A DNA stretch of 64,000 bases, taken from NCBI GenBank assembly GCA_050874705.1, contig JBNMLE010000001.1, positions 4,046 through 68,045 of the forward strand. Direction: 5' to 3'. Shown here piece by piece: positions 52,470 to 63,498 of this stretch. The stretch's first letter is position 1. Each line of letters starts with the position of its first letter. The stretch comes from Bacilli bacterium. GTDB lineage: Bacteria > Bacillota_I > Bacilli_A > RFN20 > CAG-826. A program made the translations under genes and the position numbers. The notes under the pieces are model-generated. The model was not told the origin of the DNA, searched no databases, and was given only the letters and a program-made list of their open reading frames with translations.

Positions 52470-53492
52470 ATGAAAGTTTTATTATATTTTGAAAATTACA
52501 ATGCCATTCGCAAATCAGGTATTGGTCGTGCTTTAAAGCACCAAAAAAGAGCATGTGAGATGTCGGGAATTGAATACACTCTCAATCCAAAAGACAGATT
52601 TGACATTGCTCATATAAATACATACGGTTTAAAATCGTATCGAATTTTAAGGAAATGCCAAAAGAAAGGAATCCCTGTAATCGTTCATGGACATAGCACT
52701 ATTGAAGATTTCAGAGATTCATTCACATGTTGGAAATTTCTTTCAATATTCTATAACTGGAGATTAAGAAAAATGTATTCCCATGCGGATTACATCGTCA
52801 CGCCTACACCATATTCAAAATCATTAATTGAAAACTATGGATATGGTAAAAAAATATACGCAGTTAGCAACGGAATAGATTTAAAAGGTTATGCCTTCCA
52901 TCCTGAATATAAAGAAAAGTACTATAACCATTTTGGAATTAAAGATGGTGAAAAAACAGTTATTGGTTTGGGTCTTCCTTTTAAAAGAAAAGGTTTAGCG
53001 GATTTCTTTGAAGTAGCAAGAAGAATGCCAGATGTTAAATTTATTTGGTTTTCACATTTATCGCCACTACTTCAAACTCACTTTATAAGAAAAGCAATTA
53101 AACATCGTCCGAAAAACGCAATTATGGCAGGATATGTTGAAGATTATCAAGTTGTTCAAGGAGCATTCCAAAACGCAAACGCCTTCTTCTTCCCTTCATA
53201 TGAAGAAAATGAAGGTATTGTTACTCTTGAAGCTTTAGCATCTAAATGCCCTTGTGTTATTAGAGATATTGGTGTTTATAAAGATTGGCTACATGACGAC
53301 GTTGATTGTTACAAAGGCCACAATAATGATGAATTTGTGGACATTTTAACAAAAGTCATTGATCACAAAGATGAAAAAATTGTCGAAGAAGGCTATAAAG
53401 TAGTATCTGAAAGAGATATAAATAAAGTTGGAACCGAAATTAAAGAAGTATATAGCGAAATCTTAAAAGATTATGCCAGCAGAAAAAAATAA
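52470..53492 (+). CDS. Glycosyltransferase family 4 (GT-B; candidate glycolipid/diacylglycerol glycosyltransferase)
   Basis: MKVLLYFENY... N-terminal Rossmann domain. C-terminal EX7E-like region (FPSYEENEGIVTLEALASKCP). Upstream in-frame ATG at 52452. Confidence 0.75.
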   Translation: MKVLLYFENYNAIRKSGIGRALKHQKRACEMSGIEYTLNPKDRFDIAHINTYGLKSYRILRKCQKKGIPVIVHGHSTIEDFRDSFTCWKFLSIFYNWRLRKMYSHADYIVTPTPYSKSLIENYGYGKKIYAVSNGIDLKGYAFHPEYKEKYYNHFGIKDGEKTVIGLGLPFKRKGLADFFEVARRMPDVKFIWFSHLSPLLQTHFIRKAIKHRPKNAIMAGYVEDYQVVQGAFQNANAFFFPSYEENEGIVTLEALASKCPCVIRDIGVYKDWLHDDVDCYKGHNNDEFVDILTKVIDHKDEKIVEEGYKVVSERDINKVGTEIKEVYSEILKDYASRKK

Positions 53493-54006
53493 AAAAATAT
53501 CTTTAGAAATAATTCGCTTTATTATAACTGGAATCATTGCAACAATAATTGATTTTGGTGTCTTTTCTTTAGTTGCAGTTTTTATTCCAGATTCATTTAA
53601 TTTTTGGAAAACATTTATATGCACCGCTTGTGGTTTTTTAGTTTCGCTTGTTGTTAATTATCTTTTATCTGCTTTTTGGGTTTATAAAAATGTTGATAAA
53701 TCAATAAATAAAAAATCACCAAAAAACTTAATTTTATTTGCGGTATTTTCGCTTGTTGGTCTTTTACTTGGAACTGCAATAATGTGCGGATTTGATGCTT
53801 TAGACAATTATGTAATTCATATTAATTATCAAGATTGGTTAAAATTCATAACTGATTCAGAACATTATCCATTTAATTTTTTACAATTCTTTCTTGCAGG
53901 CGTCTTCTTTGCGGTTAAAACTTTAATCGTCTTAGTTTGGAATTATTTGTCACGCAAAAAATTCATTTTTAAATCTCCTGAAGAAGTTCAAAAAGAGAAA
54001 AAATAA
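53473..54006 (+). CDS. GtrA-family membrane protein
   Basis: RFIITGIIATIIDFGVFSL GtrA signature with four transmembrane helices. Overlaps the GT4 stop by 20 nt. Confidence 0.6.
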   Translation: MPAEKNKKISLEIIRFIITGIIATIIDFGVFSLVAVFIPDSFNFWKTFICTACGFLVSLVVNYLLSAFWVYKNVDKSINKKSPKNLILFAVFSLVGLLLGTAIMCGFDALDNYVIHINYQDWLKFITDSEHYPFNFLQFFLAGVFFAVKTLIVLVWNYLSRKKFIFKSPEEVQKEKK

Positions 54007-54330
54007 TTATTTATATTCAGTATATTTTTTACTTGATCCTTTTACTTTGCTAACAGGATATTTTTGTTCATTTTTTAATAATTTTTCCATCATTATGTCT
54101 TCGATATTAAGACCATAATGATCCGCCATTAAAGTAGCATATAAAAATACATCAGCAAGCTCTTCTTTTACCTTGTCTAACGATTTCTCTTTATCACTCC
54201 ATTGAAATACTTCTAAAAGCTCGCTTGCTTCAATACATATGGATTTTGCAAGGTTTTCGCCACTATGAAACTGTGCCCAATCCCTGTCATCGCGAAACTT
54301 CATTATTCGATTATATAATTCTTTGTTCAT
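54007..54330 (-). CDS. MazG-like nucleotide pyrophosphohydrolase (small, YpjD-like)
   Basis: 107 aa with EASELLEVFQW...ELADVFLY MazG EExxE/D motifs. Confidence 0.7.
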   Translation of the reverse strand: MNKELYNRIMKFRDDRDWAQFHSGENLAKSICIEASELLEVFQWSDKEKSLDKVKEELADVFLYATLMADHYGLNIEDIMMEKLLKNEQKYPVSKVKGSSKKYTEYK

Positions 54331-54372
54331 ATTTTTTTAATTAGAAAAGGCGCCATTTAGACGCCTAATTTT

Positions 54373-55119
54373 TTATTTTGCTTTTCCTTGATTTGCAACA
54401 GCTTCCATTTGTTTTTTGAGTTCGGCTTCATCCATTAAATAATAATGTTTGATTGCTTTCATATCATCATCGAATTCATATACTAGTGGAACACCTGTTG
54501 GAATGTTAACACCAACGATTTCTTCTGGTGACATATTATCGAAATATTTCACTAAAGCACGTAATGAATTACCATGGGCAACAATAAGAACGCGTTTGCC
54601 TTGTTCCATCATTGGTTTAATGACATTTTCGAAATATGGAACGGCACGGGCAACTGTCATTTCAAGTGATTCGTTGAGTGGTAAATCTTTTTTATCAACA
54701 TCTCTAAATTGTGCTTGAAGAGCAGGATTGCGTGGATCGTCTTCTGCTAAAGCAGGAGGTGGACAATCATAGGAACGACGCCAAATCTTGACTTGTTCTT
54801 CGCCATATTTAGCGGCTGTTTCAGCTTTATTTAAGCCTTGTAAAGCACCATAATGACGTTCGTTAAGTCTCCAGCTTTTATAAACTGGTAACCATTCACG
54901 ATCAAGCTCAAATAAAACATTGTTCATTGTGTGAATAGCGCGTTTGAGAAGTGATGTATATACAACATCAAAATCATAGCCTTTTTCTTTTAATGTTTTT
55001 CCAGCGCGATGAGCTTCTGCAACACCTTTTTCGCTGAGTTCGACATCAGTCCAACCTGTGAATAAATTAAGCTTATTCCATTCAGATTCGCCATGTCTAA
55101 TTAATACTAATTTGTGCAT
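54373..55119 (-). CDS. gpmA: 2,3-bisphosphoglycerate-dependent phosphoglycerate mutase
   Basis: [12 protein letters not shown] catalytic His motif, 248 aa. Confidence 0.92.
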   Translation of the reverse strand: MHKLVLIRHGESEWNKLNLFTGWTDVELSEKGVAEAHRAGKTLKEKGYDFDVVYTSLLKRAIHTMNNVLFELDREWLPVYKSWRLNERHYGALQGLNKAETAAKYGEEQVKIWRRSYDCPPPALAEDDPRNPALQAQFRDVDKKDLPLNESLEMTVARAVPYFENVIKPMMEQGKRVLIVAHGNSLRALVKYFDNMSPEEIVGVNIPTGVPLVYEFDDDMKAIKHYYLMDEAELKKQMEAVANQGKAK

Positions 55120-55152
55120 GTTATTATCCTCTTTCTTTAATAATATATCACA

Positions 55153-56481
55153 TTAATCCGCTAATGAACCCATTGGATCCCAAGGTTTTAATTCAATTGG
55201 TTCAGCGTTATATGCATCAAGTTCTTCTTTTGTTAAATATTTTTTATTAACAACTGCTTGATATGTATATTGGTTAAACCATGTATCTGACATAATGTAA
55301 TAACCATTTTTGCCATTTAATTCGCCCCAAGAATTTTCAATTTTCCATTTTGTTGGTTTTCCATCACGAATTGCAACACCAGTAATGCACATTGCGTGGT
55401 TCATCGCGGATGCACGATAATCAAGTGATTCGCCTTTATCCATTTTATAATCGAGATCTAATAATGATTTAAAATCGAACAAACCATCGTCCCAAACACC
55501 ATTTGGTCTATCTCCATATGAAGAAACATCACTGCCAAACCAAACAATTTGATTGTCTTTTAATTGTGCAATGATTAATTCTTTCATTCTTTCCATTGGA
55601 AGATTGAGGTGTGTGACTTTCTTGCCACCAGCAACATTACCTAAATATTTGACAGTAAATGATTTGTTAAATGGCTTATCTTTTGTTGGAGCGTTAATGA
55701 TACTTACATATTCATCAAGCATATTTCCAACATATTTTTCAAAAAATGATTCAGGTGTATAACCTTTTTCAACGTGGCAAACATTATCAGCATCAGTGTA
55801 TTCAAAATCAAAATGTTCTGGTGGTAAACCATAAACAGACACTAAAGCACGATAGAATCTATCCATATAATCGTTTTTAATTTCTCTTACAAGATCCATA
55901 CCGCCTTTTTTAAAGGCTTCTTTTGATTCGCTTGCAAAATGTCTTACTTCTGCATTTACAAGTGAGTTGATATAACGGGTATTGGATGAAGTAAATGTTT
56001 CTGGATATGCATTTTTAGGGCAAACACCATATTTTTTAACAACATTGACAAACATATCCCATTGTCCACCATCACCTATTCCGTTTTGGACGATGAATTG
56101 AAGTGTTCTATCATCATAATCTTTGTCTAATAATTCAATTAGAATTTCCAATGTGTAATTGAGTTTTTCAAGCTTATCGTAGAAAGCAACATAGCTTTGT
56201 GAAAGTTCAAAAAATTTGATGTTTTTCTTGTTTCCAATCATTTCTCTTAAAACATTTGTCGCGGCAAAAATCCAACATCTTCCTGATGCTTTTTGATTTG
56301 CAACTGTCATAGTTTTAATGTTGACATCAAAGTTAAAGTCCATGTCTTTGACACCGTCTTTGTTTAAAGAAACGACTGAAATATCAGAATTTGATAAAGC
56401 ATGTCTAACAACTGTAGACAATTTATCGTTCTTATAATCAGCAAGTACTTTTGATAAATGATTTTTATTTATTGATTCCAT
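55153..56481 (-). CDS. pepC: Aminopeptidase C (C1-family bleomycin hydrolase)
   Basis: QKASGRCWIFA active-site Cys. His/Asn in the C-terminus (NHAMCITG...ENSWG). Start set to ATG 56481 (MESINK), with GAGGAG 7 nt upstream. Confidence 0.85.
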   Translation of the reverse strand: MESINKNHLSKVLADYKNDKLSTVVRHALSNSDISVVSLNKDGVKDMDFNFDVNIKTMTVANQKASGRCWIFAATNVLREMIGNKKNIKFFELSQSYVAFYDKLEKLNYTLEILIELLDKDYDDRTLQFIVQNGIGDGGQWDMFVNVVKKYGVCPKNAYPETFTSSNTRYINSLVNAEVRHFASESKEAFKKGGMDLVREIKNDYMDRFYRALVSVYGLPPEHFDFEYTDADNVCHVEKGYTPESFFEKYVGNMLDEYVSIINAPTKDKPFNKSFTVKYLGNVAGGKKVTHLNLPMERMKELIIAQLKDNQIVWFGSDVSSYGDRPNGVWDDGLFDFKSLLDLDYKMDKGESLDYRASAMNHAMCITGVAIRDGKPTKWKIENSWGELNGKNGYYIMSDTWFNQYTYQAVVNKKYLTKEELDAYNAEPIELKPWDPMGSLAD

Positions 56482-56591
56482 AATAATCTCCTCGCATTGT
56501 ATTTTAGATTGTTTTATAAACAATTTCCATTAATAAGATAATTTTTCTTCTTTGATTTGATATAAGAATAAATATTGAATAAAATTTAAGC

Positions 56592-57584
56592 ATGAAAAAC
56601 AATTACGCTATCACAGATTTACACCTCCATTTAGATGGTTCACTTTCGCCTGAAATAATTATTGAAATCGCAAAAGAAGAAAACATTAAATTGCCAACAT
56701 ATAATCCAAATGATTTAAGAAAATATCTTGAAGTTCCTGAAACATGTTCATCACTTAATGAATATTTAACAAAATTCGATTTACCAAATTTGGTTTTACA
56801 ATCAAAAAATGGTCTATATAAAGCCACAAAAGACTTGTTAAAAAGGGAAGCATATGATGGATTAAAATATGTCGAAATACGTATGGCTCCACAACTATCA
56901 ACATTAAAAGGTTTGTCTCAAAAAGAAGTTGTTGAAGCAATCTTAGGAGCCTTAAAAGATGGAGAAAAAGAATACGACATTAAATCTAACTTGATTTTAT
57001 GTTTAATGAGAAATAACAATAATAAAAAAGAAAATCTTGAAACTATCAATGTAGCAAAAGAGTTTTTAAATCATGGCGTAGTTGCACTTGATCTTGCAGG
57101 CGCGGAAGCACTTTTTCCAAACGAAATGTTTTATGAAGAATTTGAACTTGCAAAAGATTTAAACATTCCTTTTACAATTCATGCTGGTGAAGCAAGCAAT
57201 TCTGAATCTGTCGTAACAGCTTTATCGATGGGTGCAAAAAGAATTGGACACGGAATTCACGCAATTGAAGATAAAAAAGTTGTTGAATACATTTCAAAAA
57301 ATAGAATCCCTTTAGAAATATGTCCTAAGTCAAATTTAGATACAAAAGCAATTAAATCATTCGATGAATTACCAATTAAAAAGTTTTTAGAAAATAATGT
57401 TTTAGTAACTATAAATACTGACGATATGACAGTATCAAATACAAACTTAAAAAACGAATATAAAATTCTTAAAGAAATGGGTTTAAGTGACAAAGAATTG
57501 TTGCAAATCGCCAACAATTCTATCGATGCTACATTTTTAACTGAAAAAGAAAAAGATGAATTAAGGAAGTATCTTATTGCTTAA
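56592..57584 (+). CDS. add: Adenosine deaminase
   Basis: DLHLHLDGSL metal-binding motif. HAGE and TINTDD blocks. Confidence 0.85.
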   Translation: MKNNYAITDLHLHLDGSLSPEIIIEIAKEENIKLPTYNPNDLRKYLEVPETCSSLNEYLTKFDLPNLVLQSKNGLYKATKDLLKREAYDGLKYVEIRMAPQLSTLKGLSQKEVVEAILGALKDGEKEYDIKSNLILCLMRNNNNKKENLETINVAKEFLNHGVVALDLAGAEALFPNEMFYEEFELAKDLNIPFTIHAGEASNSESVVTALSMGAKRIGHGIHAIEDKKVVEYISKNRIPLEICPKSNLDTKAIKSFDELPIKKFLENNVLVTINTDDMTVSNTNLKNEYKILKEMGLSDKELLQIANNSIDATFLTEKEKDELRKYLIA

Positions 57585-58440
57585 GAAAATCCACTACTAC
57601 TTTTCTAACTAAATCATATCTTTCAACATAAGAACTATGATGACAACCTTCAAAACATACCCATTTGGAATTTGGAATATTTTCATTCATAAATTTGTTC
57701 ATATAAGGAGTTGATTCATCGAGTTCTCCTGAAAGAATTAACGTTTTTATATCAATTAATTTTAATTTATCTTCGACATTATAATTTAGTAATGTTCCTG
57801 TCCCAAAAAGTTCAGATGGGCCCCACATGTAGTTATAGACTTGCTTAAATAATTTTGGAAATCTTTTTCTTTTGAAAATATAACTTTTATCTGTAATTTT
57901 TCTTTTTACATGATCGACATAAAATCTATTAATCGCTTTTTTATATAGCCTTTCATTTGAATGATCATCATTAATGAGAATTTCTCGTTCCTTTTCAGGA
58001 TAATTTTCAATCATTTTCATATGTTCATCATTCCACATTTTAGTTGAAGGGAGAGTTGAATATAATATGAGTTTTTTTAAACCACTATGTTTTCTTGATG
58101 TAATAAATGATAAAGCAAGCATTCCGCCCCACGAATGACCCATAAGGTAATATTCTTTTATATTAAAAAAGTTGAGCAAATTTTCTAATTCATCCATGAA
58201 TGTTTCTGTTTTCCAAAGATCATAATGTTCACCACCTACTTTAGAATATCCGGAACCTAATTGGTCGTATAAAATCACCGCAAAACCATCATTTTCTAGG
58301 CCAATAAATGGTTCATATCGTTGCGAGCAACCACCTGGTCCTCCATGAAGAATTATTAAAGGAATATTGTGCTTTAAATCCCCATATACATCGCAATGAG
58401 TTTTGTAATTTAAAAATGGAATATTATATGTCTTATGCAT
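57574..58440 (-). CDS. pip: Proline iminopeptidase (alpha/beta hydrolase, S33)
   Basis: HGGPGG and GHSWGG nucleophile elbow. Start set to ATG 58440 (MHKTY) to limit the overlap with the upstream gene. Confidence 0.75.
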   Translation of the reverse strand: MHKTYNIPFLNYKTHCDVYGDLKHNIPLIILHGGPGGCSQRYEPFIGLENDGFAVILYDQLGSGYSKVGGEHYDLWKTETFMDELENLLNFFNIKEYYLMGHSWGGMLALSFITSRKHSGLKKLILYSTLPSTKMWNDEHMKMIENYPEKEREILINDDHSNERLYKKAINRFYVDHVKRKITDKSYIFKRKRFPKLFKQVYNYMWGPSELFGTGTLLNYNVEDKLKLIDIKTLILSGELDESTPYMNKFMNENIPNSKWVCFEGCHHSSYVERYDLVRKVVVDFLKQ

Positions 58441-61150
58441 TTTCTTTTTCTTTCTTATTTTTTGCAAATACTAAAAATATAATCGTTGAAATAGATATTA
58501 ATGAAATAACGACAATTATGCCTACATAATCACTGTTTTCAGTTGTTTTAAAAACAGATGATTTATTTACAATTTCTCTATCAATGAAATTAGAATAATT
58601 CTTAGTTCCATATTTGCCTAAAATATAATCATAATAATAAACTGCGTTTTCAATATTATTTTCTCCTTGAACAGGTGAACTATTTTTAATTGTGTTTTTA
58701 TAATTTTCATCTAAAGAAACATATTTTTTATTAGCGTTATTCCAACCATCTACGCTTGGTGCACGAAAACCAGAAATATCACAATTAATTTGACCAACAA
58801 AATATGTCGACCATTCATTCGCGGTCATAACATAACGATATATTTGAGGAAGCACCATTGATGAAGATGTTTTGCTTGTATAAGTTGTAAATCTTGGGTC
58901 TTGAACATTATATAGGATTTTTCCATAACTACTTGTGGAATATGTAATTGTCGCATCACCGTTATTAATGACAATATCCCAATCAGATTGTGTATTAGAT
59001 AATGATATTTTCTTTGTGCCACTAGAAGTTAAATATTTGTTATCGGTTTTAGACAAAAGTTGCCATTTGTTTCCGTTTTTATGTAATTCAAAAATAAGAG
59101 ATTCACTATTAAGTTCATCGATGCGATCTTCGCTAAATGTTTGAATTATTGGCGATGAGATATTATTACTAATTTGACCCATTAAAACATTATTGTTCTT
59201 CGAAGCAATTACGACATCATCTAGGTCATATAGTTCATCTATTTTATTGACAAGCTTCCAATAGCCATTATTCGAAACAACACTATTGTTTGTAACTGTA
59301 ATGGTGCATTCTGCAAAAAATTTGTTGTCGCTTGTTTTTGCAAAAATCTTGGTAATTCCTTCTTTTTTTCCAGTTACAACACCATTAGTTACACTAGCAA
59401 TTGTTTCATCTTCGCTTGACCAAACAACGTCTTTATTTGTGGCGTTTTCAGGTTCAATTGTAGCGGTAAGAGATATTGTTTCATTGACCTTTATTGAAGC
59501 TGAATCTTTATCTAATTTTATGCCAGTGACATCCACCACATTTTCAACAACATGGACAGGAATATTTAATTCATTACCAAAGATATCGCTAATTGAAAGT
59601 GATGTATTTCCGATACCATATGATAAGAAAGAACCATCGCTTGCTACAATACAAACATTTTCATCTTGACTTATTAATGTTAAATCAGAAAAAGACGCTT
59701 TATATCTTTCACCATTAATTAAAATGTAATTTATATCTAAATAACCCTCACAATCTATATTTAAATATAAAGAGGTCGGATTTGATTCTAAGCCTATTAT
59801 TTCAGGAATAACGCTAACCTCAATGCTGTCAGTTGTTCCATCAACAGGATCTTCCACTATTATGGTGACATTGCCAGCTTTTTTAGGAGTGAAGTTACCT
59901 TTGCTATCAATTGTGCCAAAAGAACTATCACTTAAAGACCAATTAACATCATAACTGCGATTTGATTTAAACTGTGCGTTATGATTAACACTTATTACAG
60001 ATGGAATATTTTTAATCGAAACACTTGGGCCATGAACAAAATCATAAACGTTTAAAGCGCCATTGCCAGCCCAATTTGTATATGGAGATGAACTATCATC
60101 AATCTCTATACAACTATCATATAAAGCCTGTTCAATTTGATCTGGCGTAGCATTAGGATGTTTTTGCTTGTATAAAGCAATCGCGCCAGTAACAAGAGGA
60201 GCAGAAAAGGATGTTCCTTGTGTTTGTTTATATGCATTAGAAGAACCTTTATCAGCAACATAAACGGTTCCTGGTGCAACTAGATCTATTGAAGATCCAT
60301 AATTAGAATATCCTGCTTTTACAAATTCTTGATTGTCATCTATGTTACACGAGCCAACACTTATGACATGAGCGTTTGATGCAGGATAAGAAGGAGTCGA
60401 TGTATTGAAATTGCCCGCTGCAGCAACTAATGTAATTCCAGCATTGTAAGCTTTTGTTAAAAATGAAGATAAGATTGTATTACATCCAGATGATGCAGCC
60501 ATAGATGAACTACCATATGTCACCTTTTGTGTGTAAGATTGGAAAGACATATTGACTACATCTAATTTAAGCGTAATTGCATCATTTAATGCACTTTGAA
60601 TAGCGCCCCATTCATAACCATTACTAGTATTTGTCACTTTGTAAACGTATAGTTCGACATTAGGAGCAATTCCATAACCACCAATGTTATTTATTTGTGC
60701 AGCAACTGTCGCGGCGACATTTGTTCCATGACCGAATGTATCATCTAAATATGAAATTCTACTCGCTATTGTTGATGGACTATAATATTCCCATTTTGAA
60801 GATGTAGAATTATATTTATAATATTTTGATTCATCTTTGACAATTGTTTTACCGTCTTTCAAAAAATCTTCATGGTCGTAATTTATTCCTGAATCGATAA
60901 TGCCAACTTTAACAGCATCACCACGATAATCATTTAATGTATCATCTAAATTCAAATATTTATATGTAAGTGTAGTTTGTTTTTCATGAAGTGGTTCATT
61001 AATATAACTTGTCTCATATGAAGCAGCATACGCAACGCTTTTAGAAGAGTTATTTAAATCGCATGAAATCGATTCTATATTGCTTGATGCTAACAAAACT
61101 ATACTGCTAAGAATTAAAAATCTTATCATAGATAATATTTTCACATTCAA
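58433..61150 (-). CDS. Cell-surface subtilisin-like serine protease (S8) with Big_2 domains and C-terminal transmembrane anchor
   Basis: Signal peptide. Catalytic triad in D (IIDSGINYDH), H (HGTNVAATVA), S (GTSFSAPLVTG) order. Two Big_2 Ig-like repeats. C-terminal hydrophobic helix followed by a KNKKEKENA tail. Confidence 0.85.
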   Translation of the reverse strand: MNVKILSMIRFLILSSIVLLASSNIESISCDLNNSSKSVAYAASYETSYINEPLHEKQTTLTYKYLNLDDTLNDYRGDAVKVGIIDSGINYDHEDFLKDGKTIVKDESKYYKYNSTSSKWEYYSPSTIASRISYLDDTFGHGTNVAATVAAQINNIGGYGIAPNVELYVYKVTNTSNGYEWGAIQSALNDAITLKLDVVNMSFQSYTQKVTYGSSSMAASSGCNTILSSFLTKAYNAGITLVAAAGNFNTSTPSYPASNAHVISVGSCNIDDNQEFVKAGYSNYGSSIDLVAPGTVYVADKGSSNAYKQTQGTSFSAPLVTGAIALYKQKHPNATPDQIEQALYDSCIEIDDSSSPYTNWAGNGALNVYDFVHGPSVSIKNIPSVISVNHNAQFKSNRSYDVNWSLSDSSFGTIDSKGNFTPKKAGNVTIIVEDPVDGTTDSIEVSVIPEIIGLESNPTSLYLNIDCEGYLDINYILINGERYKASFSDLTLISQDENVCIVASDGSFLSYGIGNTSLSISDIFGNELNIPVHVVENVVDVTGIKLDKDSASIKVNETISLTATIEPENATNKDVVWSSEDETIASVTNGVVTGKKEGITKIFAKTSDNKFFAECTITVTNNSVVSNNGYWKLVNKIDELYDLDDVVIASKNNNVLMGQISNNISSPIIQTFSEDRIDELNSESLIFELHKNGNKWQLLSKTDNKYLTSSGTKKISLSNTQSDWDIVINNGDATITYSTSSYGKILYNVQDPRFTTYTSKTSSSMVLPQIYRYVMTANEWSTYFVGQINCDISGFRAPSVDGWNNANKKYVSLDENYKNTIKNSSPVQGENNIENAVYYYDYILGKYGTKNYSNFIDREIVNKSSVFKTTENSDYVGIIVVISLISISTIIFLVFAKNKKEKENA

Positions 61151-61166
61151 TAATTTTTATTTCAAT

Positions 61167-61195
61167 AAAAAAGGTGCGATAAACGCACCTTAATT
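61167..61195 (-). terminator. Rho-independent terminator after eno
   Basis: Minus strand: AAGGUGCG-UUUAU-CGCACCUU followed by UUUUAUU. The hairpin is symmetrical, so it could act in both directions. Confidence 0.6.
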
Positions 61196-61209
61196 AATAT
61201 AATAAATAA

Positions 61210-62514
61210 TTATTTATTAAATTTGAAGGCATCAAGACCAGCAAATTTTGCCTTGTCGCCGAGTTCTTCTTCGATACGGAGAAGTTGGTTATATTTATTA
61301 ACACGTTCGCCACGGCATGGAGCACCTGTTTTAATTTGTCCAGTTGCAAGACCAACGCAGAGATCGGCAATAAATGTATCTTCTGTTTCACCACTTCTGT
61401 GTGATGTAACAGCTGTATAGCCAGCTTTTCCAGCCATTTCGATAGCGGCAATTGTTTCTTTAACTGAACCAATTTGGTTAAGTTTAATAAGAATTGAATT
61501 TGCAGCGCCAGATTTAATACCTTTTTCAAGTCTTTCAACGTTTGTAACAAATAAGTCGTCACCAACTAATTGAACACGTTTTCCGATACGGGCTGTAAGT
61601 TTCTTCCAACCTTCCCAGTCTTCTTCATCAAGGATATCTTCGTAAGAAATAATTGGGAATTCATCAAGCAATTTTTCCCAGTGATCAATGAGTTCGTCGC
61701 TTGTCATATATTTGTTTTGTTTTGGAAGGTGATAATATCCAACACCTTTTTCTTCATCTTTCCATTCGCTTGCAGCGGCATCCATGGCTAAGAAGAAGTC
61801 TTTTCCAGGAACATAGCCTGCATCTTTGATAGCTTGAACAATTTCTTTCAAAACTGCTTCATCGCTTTCAAGGTTAGGGGCAAAGCCACCTTCATCACCG
61901 ACAGAAACTGCCATTCCTTTTGCTTTTAAGTTTTTAGCAAGAACATGGTAGACTTCTGAACACCAACGTAAGCATTCTCTGAAGTTTGGAGCGCCAACTG
62001 GCATAATCATGAATTCTTGTGAGTCAACAGTGTTGCTAGCATGGCAACCACCATTGAGAATATTCATCATTGGAACTGGAAGTAATGGAGTATGTCCTGT
62101 TCTATTTGCTAAATAGCGATAAAGTGGGACTCCAGAAATTTGAGCTGCTAATTTGTTAACTGCAAGTGAAACAGCAAGAATCGCATTAGCGCCTAAATTT
62201 GTTTTTCCTTTTGTTCCATCGATTTTAAGCATTGCATCATCAATGGCGTCTGGATTTGATGCATCCATTCCTTTGAGTTCTTTTGCAAGAATGTCATTAA
62301 CATTAGCAACTGCTTTGAGTGTACCTTTTCCAAGATAACGTTTCTTGTCTCCGTCACGAAGTTCAAGAGCTTCGTAAATTCCTGTTGAAGCACCGCTTGG
62401 GACTTCAGCACGAGCAAACATACCATTTTCTAAAGTCACATCGACTTCAACGGTTGGGTTTCCACGAGAATCGAGAATTTCACGACCGTGGATAGATTTA
62501 ATAGAATAATTCAT
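61210..62514 (-). CDS. eno: Enolase
   Basis: 434 aa with SHRSGETED and Mg-ligand blocks. Confidence 0.97.
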   Translation of the reverse strand: MNYSIKSIHGREILDSRGNPTVEVDVTLENGMFARAEVPSGASTGIYEALELRDGDKKRYLGKGTLKAVANVNDILAKELKGMDASNPDAIDDAMLKIDGTKGKTNLGANAILAVSLAVNKLAAQISGVPLYRYLANRTGHTPLLPVPMMNILNGGCHASNTVDSQEFMIMPVGAPNFRECLRWCSEVYHVLAKNLKAKGMAVSVGDEGGFAPNLESDEAVLKEIVQAIKDAGYVPGKDFFLAMDAAASEWKDEEKGVGYYHLPKQNKYMTSDELIDHWEKLLDEFPIISYEDILDEEDWEGWKKLTARIGKRVQLVGDDLFVTNVERLEKGIKSGAANSILIKLNQIGSVKETIAAIEMAGKAGYTAVTSHRSGETEDTFIADLCVGLATGQIKTGAPCRGERVNKYNQLLRIEEELGDKAKFAGLDAFKFNK

Positions 62515-62596
62515 CGTTTAATTCCTCTTTGACAAAATCTTAAAATATTTAAGATATATTTACAAGGCAAAGAAGAAATAAAAGCGTTTACATTAA

Positions 62597-63490
62597 TTAA
62601 TTATATTTATTAATGAAATCTAAAATTTTGTTATTCGCATCAAAACTTTCAGGGTAAGATGGATGCATTATATTAAAACAATGCTCTAAAATTCGTTCTC
62701 CATTTTTGTATTCAATATAATCAAAATTTACATCATATTTTTTGAATAACTCTTTTAAATTAAGCGAAAAAGAATAATAGTAAGTATCACCCTGTGTTGT
62801 GACTATGTAACAAGGTTCAAGTTTAGAAAAACCAATCACTTCTTGAATTGATGTCAAGTTATATGGATACTTGAACTCATTTCTTCTAAAAACATAAGGC
62901 TTGAACCAAAAAATATGACATGGTCGTTTCATAGCCTTTTTAATATCGGCAACAGGTGAAATTAGAATTAACGAATTAATTTTTATATCAATTGGACTAA
63001 TATCATAAATTTTTTGTAATTCGAAAGACTTATTGATAAGAGAAAATAACATAATAATCCATGAGCCAGCGGAATCACCCATCAATGAAATTTTGTTTAT
63101 GTCGCCATCATAAGAAGCAATGTTTTCTTTAATCCACTTAATCACAAAAAAAGCTTCTCTAATTTCACCTAATAATGATACTTCCGGACATCTTGTATAT
63201 TCGACATTAAATACTAGAAATCCATTTTTAGCTAAATAGGTGCAATGTTCAGTGTTATACCACTTTTCTCCACCGACAAAAGCACCACCATGGAAACAAA
63301 TTATCACCGGCAAAAGTCCATTATTTTCTTTAGGCTTATGAGCATCAAGAACATGTCTTTTGTTTGAATCATTTTTGTATTTTATGTTGTAAAAAGAATC
63401 AACATTATTAAAAAGACATTGCCCTTTCATTTGTCTTTTTACAGACAATCTTTGAATAGATCTAATAAGACTAATAAATAAACTATGCAT
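62597..63490 (-). CDS. Alpha/beta-hydrolase esterase/lipase (HSL-like, HGGG motif)
   Basis: HGGAFVGG oxyanion motif and GDSAGS nucleophile elbow. Confidence 0.7.
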   Translation of the reverse strand: MHSLFISLIRSIQRLSVKRQMKGQCLFNNVDSFYNIKYKNDSNKRHVLDAHKPKENNGLLPVIICFHGGAFVGGEKWYNTEHCTYLAKNGFLVFNVEYTRCPEVSLLGEIREAFFVIKWIKENIASYDGDINKISLMGDSAGSWIIMLFSLINKSFELQKIYDISPIDIKINSLILISPVADIKKAMKRPCHIFWFKPYVFRRNEFKYPYNLTSIQEVIGFSKLEPCYIVTTQGDTYYYSFSLNLKELFKKYDVNFDYIEYKNGERILEHCFNIMHPSYPESFDANNKILDFINKYN

Positions 63491-63498
63491 TTTGATAA

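Noticed and set aside
52435-52554. Upstream starts that would make the divergent genes 51847..52554 (-) and 52452..53492 (+) overlap by 103 nt.
   Set aside because: Divergent genes cannot sensibly share 100 nt of 5' coding sequence. Internal ATGs (52434 and 52470) keep the conserved N-termini and remove the overlap.
54348-54366. Hairpin AGGCG-N9-CGCCU between gpmA and the mazG-like gene, as a possible terminator.
   Set aside because: The stem is only 5 bp and lies 17 nt from the mazG start codon. The U-tract is interrupted. It is more likely a weak attenuator or coincidence.
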